From NCBI GenBank assembly GCA_963924565.1, contig OZ004607.1, forward strand, positions 26,350,001-26,414,000: DNA of 64,000 bases, given 5' to 3'. Position 1 is the stretch's first letter. Every line of letters begins with the position of its first letter. The translations under genes and the position numbers were made by a program. This document shows positions 10,379-20,655 of the stretch, in pieces. Below the pieces are notes generated by a model. The model made no database searches. It was not told the DNA's origin and worked only from the letters and a program-made list of their open reading frames with translations. The stretch is from Ascidiella aspersa (lineage: Eukaryota).

Positions 10379-11092
10379 TTGCTGCGTTGTGCTCTATCGT
10401 GCTCCTTATTGCCAGTGTTTGTTGATAATGCCACAGATTTGTTCTTGTATTCGACTTACTTAAAAAAATGCTGTGACTCTTCACCAGCTCTTGTACACAT
10501 CTAACTGAACCTATAAAGCTAAGTTTACTATATTCATCCGGGCTTAATGCGTGCTTGCCTGCTATTGCGTTGCTTGCACGAACGAAATTCATTTTGCGTT
10601 TTGCTGCCTGTTTAGAACGAAATTCTAATTGCCCATCAAAGCTTATGCGTACCGAAACTCTGGAAATTCCTGTTACAGCAGGTATTTTGTTGCAACACCT
10701 AAAATACCTGCCTCGTACGATGTTAAATAGGTCTGTTAAAAAGTACGACAATTCAAAAAGTAAGTGCCGATAGTATTTTAGAACTATTTTTTGGAGGTCC
10801 GGTCATATTATTCGCTGCAAAAGCGGACATAATTTTAGGTTGCATTATTTTTTTGAGAATGAATTCGCTGCCAATGTTCATTGCAAGTCTCAACAGCCCT
10901 TATTTACAGGCATAAGTCTTAAGATTGTTTATTACGATTTCTTTTACGCGCCATTATCTTAAGTGATTGCATAATGCGGACGTTTCACGCAATTAAGATA
11001 TGGGAGTCGTTAAAGCATTAGCTAATTGATTGTGGGCTAAGACCATTTACTATATGATGAACTTACATCGGTTTTTATACTTTATAGTATGT

Positions 11093-12970
11093 AGCCTATC
11101 TGATATAAGAAGGCATATCAGAGTAGATTTTTAATAAGGTTTATCGGTTACCATTTGGACACTTGCACTCTTATACTTAACTTTACAGGCAATAGGTTGG
11201 CAAAAAGTTTGGTCAAGTGAGTATAGTTACAGTGTTATTATGCAAATTTCACAAAAAATGTCCAGGTTGTATTTATTTGACAGCCATTGTGTAAATTAGT
11301 CCGCAGCCTGCTACGCTTAGCGATGCGTGAGAAACCTGAGATGAAATACAAAAAATTTAGTACACGAACAAGGCAAAACAGCGGGTGTTATGTTGGTATC
11401 GCCTCATATCGGCATATTTAATGTAAGCTCAGGCTTGGCTAGCAGACAGTGCCGTTTCTTTTAGCAATTTGGCTAGTTGTAAACAAATGAGTCTAAGGCA
11501 ATAAAATATAAGCAAAAAATGTATATTAATCTTTCGGGGACAGAAATGGCGTACGCAGATGGAACATTCTACAAATTTGAAGTAAGAATACTTTTTTGTC
11601 CACTAGAACCACAGATATGAATTCAAAAATTAAGATAAGTCCCCAATGAATACCTTGGATAATGTTTAACGTTGACAAAGCAAAGCTTTAGATTGGTATT
11701 TTAAGCGAATTATATAATTATAACAAATTGTTGAGTTCAGCCGTAGATCCTTTAAATATTCTTTTTTGCTATGTTCCTTTCGTAATAGACAACCTACATA
11801 CGTTATTTTTTAGATTTACTCTAGGGTAACCTACTTAAATCGATCTAAACTTATTACTTAAAACGAATCGTAAAAGAAAACATATTTCACAGGTGATTGC
11901 ATGTCCATCCAAACAACATACAATACTCACTACCCAAAATTTTATCGAATTTAAGGTTATCCTTACACCAGGGGTTCTTAAACTGGGGTCCATGGATCCC
12001 TTGGGGGTCCGTGAACTAGTTTAAGGGGGTCCATGAAGTTATAATTGAAATATTAGTGTATATTTAAGAAGTAATCAGATTATTAAAGAAAACAATTTAA
12101 TCAAAAATAAAACGGTTTTGCACTAAATGTATTTAGACTCCATTTCACTTTCACATTTTTGGACCAAAATCAGCTAATTTATGAAGTCTATTTGTATTGT
12201 GACGTCAATTTATGACGTCATTTTTTTGCCTATTGTGACGTCAATTTATGACGTCATTTTTTTTGCCTATTGTGACGTCAATTTATGACGTCATTTTTTT
12301 TTTGTCCGCGCGAGATGAAAGAGAATTTTAGGGGTCTGCGCTAGAAAAAAGTTTAAGAACCCCTGCCTTATACTAACAGGAAAGAGCCAATGTAGTCGTG
12401 CCACGTGACTCACACACTGCAACAGATAATGTGACGCACACATGACGAATTTAGGAAGTTACGTTACAAGAAAGTCGAGTGGATGCTGATAAAGTTTCAT
12501 CGCAATAAAACAGCCCGTCTTTTTTGTCTTAAAGGTTAATTGTTTATTAACTGTTCACATCCGTTAATAGATTAACCCGCAGTAATTAGGCAAACTGCAT
12601 TGTTCTAAGTGTTGAAGCAAATGTTTTATCTATCCTAGCCTGTAAACCAGTAAATGGGTTTAAGCTGTTAGAAGGCAACAAGTGAAGGACGTGATGATTA
12701 GTTAAACCAGGTTACAAAACCAAATTATTGACGAAGTTCTTAGGTAGATTGGCTGATATTCTCTTGGCTCTTTAATAATTTTTCGGGAAATAAATCTTTA
12801 AATATATTGGTGTTTTGAGCCCGGGCCCAAATTATTAGTGAGCGTGGGTCACCAAACTGTTAAGGTTTTTATACCATACTATCAACCAAACCATTAGGCA
12901 GTCATTGAAAGAATAACAGTATTTGATAAAAGCTGCGATAAACGATGTCCGGGTTTTCTACAATATAGAT
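11093..12970 (+). repeat. 1.4-kb direct repeat, copy B (interrupted by a MITE; carries about 55 bp absent from copy A)
   Basis: Colinear with 7196-8620; extra segments at 11969-12373 and about 12685-12742. Confidence 0.93.
11969..12365. mobile_element. hAT MITE containing a triplicated unit with six TGACGTCA palindromes
   Basis: Perfect 16-bp TIRs caggggttcttaaact / agtttaagaacccctg; TSD ccttacac / ccttatac; absent from the paralogous site in copy A (about 8060). Confidence 0.9.
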
Positions 12971-13358
12971 GACTCGCTTACCGAAAAGCGATAACGAACC
13001 TTTGTAGTAGCAACATTGTATTGTCATATTCTGCGGGGTCACGCTCACCTGGGTTCTATCTACCCGTAAAACCTGAAACATTTTCAGTTGCGTTGCTTCT
13101 GTATCTGTTCATGCGTTTATATCGATATGTGCGGAAGTGATTTTCATGTTCGTTAGCATTGGTGTTCCTGTTTTAGAAGAACTTTTGTCTGCAGAGCGCA
13201 TGGGTTTACCACGTATCTGACCGTATGTCACTCCGCACTTGAAAAATGCAACTAAGAATAAGTACGAAATATTAGAACTACAATAAAATTTTTGTTTTCA
13301 GAAAGGTAGGAATAACTTGCTTTATTGGTGATGAGCTTTGAGTTAAAAATATTTTGAA

Positions 13359-14099
13359 ATGAAGTTTCTCGGCTTTGTACTTATTTGGGTGACTGTCACC
13401 AGTTGCGCAGACAATGAGAACGTACTGAAAAGGTCAAAACGCGGGACTTTAGATAATGCAGCCTCGATAACTCAACAAGTCAAGGAAAAAGCCGTTGCAA
13501 GTCACAACAAGGCTAGAAGCACTGTTTCGCCCACCGCTTCTGATATGCTTTTAATGAAGTGGGATGAAGGTTTAGGCAATCTGGCACAAGAGTATTCGAA
13601 AAAATGCTTGTTCGAACATAGCTCAAATCGTCAGACCGCCAATTTCACATCATGGATTGGCGAGAATCTCTACATTACCACTGGGACATTCGCACCGGCA
13701 GACTTGTTGGTGAAAGCCACCGAAAGCTGGGATGCCGAGAGAAAGGATTATATATATTCGACGTCGGCGTGCACCAAAGTTTGCGGTCACTACACTCAGG
13801 TCGCCTGGTCGTCTTCATATGCCCTTGGATGTGGTGCCAGCTCTTGCAGCAACGTGTATATCGACAAGACTACAACGTACAAGAAAGCAATGATAGTGGT
13901 GTGTAACTATGGCCCAGGCGGAAATCTTCGCGGCTCAAAGCCGTACAAAACAGGAACTCCCTGCAGTGCCTGTCCCAGCGAATACAAACATTGTGTCGAA
14001 AATATGTGCTCTAAGACCGGTGGTGCCCCTGCAATCAACGCTAATATGTTGCATGTTTGTGTTGCTGTTCTTTGTGCTGCTTTATTTTCTTTACAGTGA
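13359..14099 (+). CDS. CAP-5: CAP/GLIPR1-like protein, GPI-type tail
   Basis: MKFLGFVLIWVTVTSCA signal, RSKR, HNKAR, CLFEHS, GENLY, CGHYTQVAW, VCNYGPGGN, hinge, tail GGAPAINANMLHVCVAVLCAALFSLQ*. Confidence 0.95.
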   Translation: MKFLGFVLIWVTVTSCADNENVLKRSKRGTLDNAASITQQVKEKAVASHNKARSTVSPTASDMLLMKWDEGLGNLAQEYSKKCLFEHSSNRQTANFTSWIGENLYITTGTFAPADLLVKATESWDAERKDYIYSTSACTKVCGHYTQVAWSSSYALGCGASSCSNVYIDKTTTYKKAMIVVCNYGPGGNLRGSKPYKTGTPCSACPSEYKHCVENMCSKTGGAPAINANMLHVCVAVLCAALFSLQ

Positions 14100-17000
14100 C
14101 TAAGCTAGCAATTGGCCAGTTTAAAACTGTTAAAATAGAGAGCCTTTATAAAGGAGCATTATAGTTATACCCTGCGATATAATCGTTTTAAATGCCCGTA
14201 CTTTAATGTAGGCCTATACACATAATTTTGCACACAGTGATCTGTATAGCAGTTCCATGCTATTGCACGTTTATTTGGCTACCGTTCAACAGTGTTAATG
14301 GTTTATGACCGCGAAAAAACAGATTCACAAATAGTGGTCCGTGGTCAAACAAAGTTTGGGAAACCCTGACTTATAATAATGTCATTGTTAAATTAGATAT
14401 AAAGTGATTTTTCTGTTTTTGTTGTTAAAACCGATGTCATTGGTATTTCTAGTGTTATAAAGTCAATTGTGAAAAATAACAAGCCAAATCTAGCAAGTCA
14501 TGTGATTTGCATCAATGTAAAATGTTAAACCCGTGCGATCCTCTGCAATATTTTATAGAGAAAGAAAAAAAAGAATAGAAAATAAATACATCGTAGAATA
14601 TGTTTACAAGATAATTGGTAAAAAAAACGTTTTTGCAACACTGGTTATTTCCGGCATATGTGTTACTCCACGTCATATGTGTTATCAATTTTCGTTGTTG
14701 TTATATTCACCTGTTATAATATATGGACACACAATAGCAATTGAAACTTCTGGCAATAAATTTTATATGTTCTAACGTGGGACGTGAAAAATAGCAGAGG
14801 TACATTAAACGAATTAATTATTGTTACGCAAAATTTATTTTACAAAATGTATGTTATATTTGCAGTAGGAAACAGAACAGACACCACTACAACGTTACAA
14901 ATGTAACAACAACCGATAAAAGCGGAGTATATTTTAGGCGACATGGCAGATGTGAAAGTGTAAGTGCTTTGCATTGGAAAGGTTCCAATAATATGTCCTT
15001 GTTAACAGGAAGAGATATTTCCATACTCTACAAATAGAAGCACAATTTTATTCGTAGTACATCATACAGCAATATCATGTAGAAGGGATAGGCAGTTAAT
15101 TGTTTTTGACAGGGGGTGGATAAGAAAATAAGCCACTTAGGTGGCAGGGTTAAAAATAGTGTCTCAATTACAAATAATATCATGTTTTTAAAGAAAGCTG
15201 TAATAATCATTGTTTTGACCAGCTGGTAAAAGTAGGGACGTAAGGTATAATAACGCAAAGAGATATTTTTAATGGTTTTGTGCAAAATTGTCCTTTTGTG
15301 TTGTTTGGCAATACATTTTAGATTCTCAATCTGGGGTTCTCAAACGTTTTTTACCGCGGAACCCTATTTTTTTTGCTTTGCGTAGACCACGGTTGGCAAG
15401 AATTTTTCAAAAATAACGATTTAATAGACTTTAGATTTAATAGACTTTTAGAATATGCTTATTTTTTCATAATTTTACTTCAAAATAAAAATAGACTTTC
15501 AGAAATATGCTGATGATTTAAGCCGGTGATTTTTCAATAATTATTTGACCTAAGCATCGTTCTCGGTCGTTCCGGCTATCATCACTGCTCCACAAATTAA
15601 CAATTAGTCGGTCTACGTCATACTAATGTGCTTGCGTTTTTGGTTTACTTTCCGACAATGTGGCGAGAAGCACTAACTTTAGGCCAGTTTGACAATGTAA
15701 TAAATTTTACCCCAGCTATAAAATTAATTTATTATTCTTTGAATTTGCAAGTTCGCAAAACCTGATTTACAGACAGTAGATCGACGGACCGCTTTAACCG
15801 AGCCAATGAAACAACCACAGTTAAAAGTGAAAGTTCTTAGATGACAGATGTCAAAGTGATGGTGGTTGGTCATTTCGCACTGGTTTCGTTATTTTACGTG
15901 TCAACAAGAAGTTGCGGCTGGAGCTACTCATGTCTTTGTTTCTTGTTTAAGCACATCTCAAATGAAGAGTGTCGTACATTCGTGAAATCACAGGTCATGG
16001 GTACATTCTTGGACGTAAAAGATTTTACGCAAAAATGGTCTTAGAGAAAAACACCACCTGTATGTCGTTTCTTCAGCGCACTTACTTCCAGATCCAGGGG
16101 AACGAGGTCACAGACACCAAACATACCCTGTGAACATATCTGTAAAAAAAATCTGCATAAATTAGCATCCTAACTCATCGTTATATCATATAGTAATTCT
16201 ATGTTAAAATTTATTGAATTCAAGACCTATTATGCTGTTGCTTCTTAATATCGGGCAGTTTCACCAATAAATTAAACAACATTTTAAAGGTATAGTCAAT
16301 AAATTTCTTAAGTTAAGATTTATGGTTCACGTAATTCTTTCACAATTATGTGTAAAAAAGTGTCCAAACTGATTTTAAGATATTTAAAATTCGAAAACTT
16401 GCAAATACTGACAACAATTTTAACGCATTTTTTTCATTGAATACGTAAATATGAAAAGCATAAACTTTTTTATCATCTACTCATTCCAGTGGCTATCTGA
16501 CGCGTATTGACGCTGCAATATGTCTGTAATACTGACATTCCACGTTAAATATTAAAAGTCGTTTAACGTTTTCAAAAGAACATTGCGCTCCGCTAGTGGG
16601 CAGGAGCGGCTTGCTTAATCTTTGCCGGCAATACAACTTGGTAGCCAAGGGCGCTTTAGAAGTTCTTTAAACAGAATAAAGATTAAAACTAATAAAACAC
16701 TGAATAGCATTGATAAACCGCCTGCCATCATCAGCGACAAAAACTACAGATGCAAACTGGTCACAACTAACCTACTTCACACGGCATTTTTCGAGATCAA
16801 TTTACAAAAATAAAGGGTATTTTTTGTGCAAAAATAACATCTAAGGTATTGTTGAACATAAACGGACTACAACAATTATAGGCAATGTTCTACTCTAAAC
16901 AAATACAGTAGGATTAACAGTAGAAACTTTACATTGTTAAGGAAAAAAGAAATAAAATATTATAGTTTTTTCCGCCATGTTTTAGTAAAATTTGTAACCA

Positions 17001-17929
17001 CGGCACTTATTTGGTTGGGCATCAACTTGTTGTCCTGGAAGCAAAGTTTATATTGATCCATTTAGAGCAGAGTTTTTTAAATGCTCCTAAAATGAGTACT
17101 TCAATTCTTAACGCCATAATGTTAATGTATATTTTGTTTGATTTCCCAATTATTTTTCGCAAAAGTGTAATAATATATTCCTACAAAGAAATGTACCACT
17201 CAACTCAGGATGGGCATTGGGCAACTAAACAAAGGCAGAGACTTAATTTTCTCAACACTACATTACCGACTTCATTTTATTTTTGAACCTAATAGATATC
17301 ATGCATTGCCGTTTTGATAGATTCAATATTTAAATTTGGCGTAAGTCTGAAACTTTCATCCGAAACAGGGCAATATTCTAATGTGGTTTTGTTCCCTGCA
17401 TTATTTTATTTTGCGATTGATAAATCTCAACCTTGATGATTGTGGGTATAAATCCCCTTGGCATATTTTCTATTTGACAAATCTTGTACCCTTTGATGTA
17501 TTGCAACAACAGTGCTCCACTTGGCTATTCAAAAAGTAAACCAAAGTAAGTTAATATCAGGTCTTGGTAAATATTAGATTTCATAAAACAAAAAGTTATC
17601 GGTCTTCTTGTATGATGATTATGACTCGCGAACACAATACTGTTTCCCCGCTGTTCTTAACACCCTTTTTATTTATATTTTATTGCTAAAACTATAAAAA
17701 GCACAATACCATCAATGTATACTGTCAATGTTAGTCATATATATTAGTAAACGTACTTTTAAACCATTCATATACTCCGTCGGACGTATACGGATATTAT
17801 TTCATTCTTACCGTTCGTAAAAGCACCATAAATGCAGTGTATGTTTAAAAAGCTAATCAGAACGCAAACATGAGACGAAAGATGGTTTAAATCAGTCTAT
17901 TTTGATATAATATATAAAAGGTTGATATT

Positions 17930-19189
17930 ATGAGGCACAATTTTATTTTTTACATATTGAGCTTGATAACGGGAGTTCTTTAAAGTAAAACTATTACATA
18001 GGAACCCAAAGATGTCATGATGGCAGGGCTGCGGAGTCGGTTGAAAACAATCCGAGTCCGACTCCGGCCAAAAAAATACACCCGAGTCCGACTCCCGAGT
18101 CCCGAGTCCGACTCCGGCCAAATGTAAGATTTTGTCGAGTCCCGAGTCCAGCTCTGACTCTACAGCCTGTATTTTACCCATTTACGCAACTAAATCAAGG
18201 TGGATTTTCTGCAATCCACTTATATTGGTGCCATAATTGATCCACCCGTATTACATGGTTTAAAAATATTTCACCATTTGCTATAACACTTTTACAACTT
18301 ACATTTTTCCGCTTTAACAGTTTCAAAATTTGATACTGCGCATGCGCACGTCGGACTCGGGACTCGGGTAGTTTTACGCGGTCTTACTCGAGTCCCGAGT
18401 CCGACTCCGGCAAAACAAACCGACTCCGTCGAGTGCCGAGTGCCGAGTGCCGAGTGCCGAGTGCCGAGTGCCGAGTGCCGAGTGCCGAGTGCCGAGTGCC
18501 GAGTGCCGAGTCCGACTCCGACTCCGCAGCCCTGCGTGAGGGTTAAGCGAGGAACTTTGACAATGGCTGTGCGCTGTGCAGTCAAGCAAGGCAAACATGC
18601 AACCAATTCTCGCTGGTCACAAGATATTAAGAACCAACGTGCGACCGACGGCCCAATATGGTCGAAATGCAGTGGGACGAAAACCTCGCAAAATCGCTCA
18701 AGCTGACTCGGAACGATGTAGATTCATGCACAACCATAACCGATCGTCAAACTTCTCAACTTCAGTTGGCGAGAATTTGTACCTTACGAGCCGAACTGGC
18801 GCAGTCGCCAATGTGCTATTTACCGCGACCAATTCCTGGGGATTAGAAGCGCTAGATTATACGTACAACAACAGATCTTGCCAAGGTTTTTGCGAACAAT
18901 ACACAGATGGTTTGGGCGAAATCACTTGCAGTTGGATGTGGGGTCAGCTTTTGCGCCAACATTAGCGGTTTACCTCAGGCTACTTTTTTTGTTTGCAACT
19001 ACAGCCCTGCTGGCAATGAACGGAGAATGGATTCATATTTACAAGGGGGCTCCCTGTACCAGGTGTCCTCACAGCCACCCTTTCTGTAACGGAAGATTGT
19101 GTACAGCATCAGGATCACCTTCTGTCATCGTCCGCAACTGGCTCGTTTCCGCGTTCGTAATCTACGCCGTATTCTTCATTTTGATTTAA
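17930..19189 (+). pseudogene. CAP-6 pseudogene (two early stops, at least four frameshifts, MITE insertion in the propeptide)
   Basis: TATATAAAAG at 17911; ATG 17930 MRHNFIFYILSLITGVL*SKTIT*EPKDV, then after the MITE VRVKRGTLT. Fragments in shifting frames: HKILRTNVRPTA, NMVEMQWDENLA, CRFMHN..GENLY..CEQYT, QMVWAKSLAVGCG..VCNYSPAGN, CTRCPHSHPFCNGRLC..FVIYAVFFILI*. Confidence 0.88.
18024..18534. mobile_element. hAT-like MITE with CCGAGT/CCGACT subterminal repeats and a (CGAGTGC)11 tract
   Basis: 17-bp TIRs cagggctgcggagtcgg / ccgactccgcagccctg; TSD catgatgg / cgtgaggg (6/8); heptamer array 18430-18506. Confidence 0.88.
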
Positions 19190-19821
19190 TACAAAACCTT
19201 CGGTATAATATTGGATAAAAGAACCTGGCAAGCATAACGCTGTCCTTACATGCGCGAGTCCAATATTTGTTCGTTGTGTACTCCATTAAACACATTTATT
19301 CACAAATATTCATAATAAAAGACAAATAACACACACAAAAACATTTCTGGGGCGTATAAAGAGTTGGTAAGTAAAATATATATTTTCAATTAAAAGATGT
19401 TCTTTTAAAATGTAGAAGACCTCATAAACAAAAGCGTCCAGACGACGGAACAGAAGTTAGGCATGAACGCTGCACAAACTTTACTTTAATCAGGAACAAA
19501 TGGATTGATTCAGTAAATTATATAAAAATGTCAACAAATATTATCAGTGCCGTTTGAATAGGAACCTGCACACTTAACTGGGTTGGACGAAAAACACCAA
19601 AAACTTCGCAGTCAATATTGCATCAAAGCGTACCGTAATAGCAAGGATAAAAATATGATACAGGGCTTCGAGAATACCATTGTGAAATTGAAAACAAACT
19701 TCCTAGACGCCACCGTGATCTTTACCATATTTTGGGGGTTTTACAAATTCTGGATATGTTTTCATCATAGTTTTTAAAGTATAGTCATAGTAGTTATGTG
19801 TCCCTCGTCTTATTGTATGCC

Positions 19822-20655
19822 TTATAGAACCAGGCCTACCGCTAAAAAAACCTGAAATACAAGCGAAATCCACAAGTGAAATAATGGTATTGATAGTATT
19901 GTTGCTGCTGAGCATAAGTGGTTTATACATGTTGTGTAGTTTGCGGGACAAGCATCACATAGTATTGTTGCTGCTGAGCATAAGTGGTTTATACATGTTG
20001 TGTAGTTTGCGGGACAAGCATCACACGGACGTCCTTGGATGTAAGGCTTCCCACCAACGTTACCGCCTGGCCCATAGTTGCAAACCACAAATGTGGCGGT
20101 CTTATAAAAGTTGCCATTTCCAATGTCGACATTGCTGCAATGGCTTACACCACAACCAACAGCATAAGTGTTGGCCCAAACCATTTGAGTGTAGTGGCCA
20201 CAGGGTTTTCCTCGCGTACACGATAAAGTTGTGTAGGTGTAATCCTTCCGTTCAGCATCCCATCTTTCAGCTGCTCTCTTCAATATTGCTGAAGCTGTTT
20301 GGCTAGTTCCAGTAGCTAAGTATAGGTTTTCACCATTATATTTAGAAAAATTTTCCGTCTTTCGAGTATTACTTTCGCTGTGCTTGTACAGGCACTTTCT
20401 TGAGTAATCTTCTGCCAGTTTTCCTAGACCCTCATCCCATTTCATCTGAAGCATGTTGGATGCTGTTGGTGACACGGTTCTTCTGGCTTTATTGTGACTG
20501 TCGACTACTTCTTGTTTATTGGCTGCTGTCAGTGAAAGCGCATTCGTCAATGTCCCTCGTTTGATTCGAAGACCTTGGGTGTCTTGGTTTGCAGATGTTA
20601 ACAAACATAGGCCCACCACAGTAAGAGCCGAAACTGTTTCTTTTAAACTCATCAT
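19822..20655 (-). CDS. CAP-7: CAP/GLIPR1-like protein with exactly duplicated hinge module, GPI-type tail
   Basis: Signal peptide, RIKR, HNKARR, CLYKHS, GENLY, CGHYTQMVW, VCNYGPGGN, (CDACPANYTTCINHLCSAATIL)x2, hydrophobic tail. Confidence 0.94.
   Translation of the reverse strand: MMSLKETVSALTVVGLCLLTSANQDTQGLRIKRGTLTNALSLTAANKQEVVDSHNKARRTVSPTASNMLQMKWDEGLGKLAEDYSRKCLYKHSESNTRKTENFSKYNGENLYLATGTSQTASAILKRAAERWDAERKDYTYTTLSCTRGKPCGHYTQMVWANTYAVGCGVSHCSNVDIGNGNFYKTATFVVCNYGPGGNVGGKPYIQGRPCDACPANYTTCINHLCSAATILCDACPANYTTCINHLCSAATILSIPLFHLWISLVFQVFLAVGLVL
19893..20024. repeat. Exact in-frame 66-bp tandem duplication inside CAP-7
   Basis: atagtattgttgctgc...acaagcatcac begins at 19893 and again at 19959. 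Confidence 0.95.

Noticed and set aside
12195-12303. 36-37-bp repeats of CRISPR-like length
   Set aside because: Head-to-tail with no unique spacers, inside a eukaryotic MITE, no cas genes.
16990-17650. Possible decayed coding or transposase sequence
   Set aside because: No recognisable motif in the frames read by eye; would need BLASTX.
18292-18706. ORFs with (ALGTRHS)n / (PSAECRV)n repeats
   Set aside because: Translation of the heptamer tract inside a MITE; only the RVKRGTLT part belongs to the CAP pseudogene.
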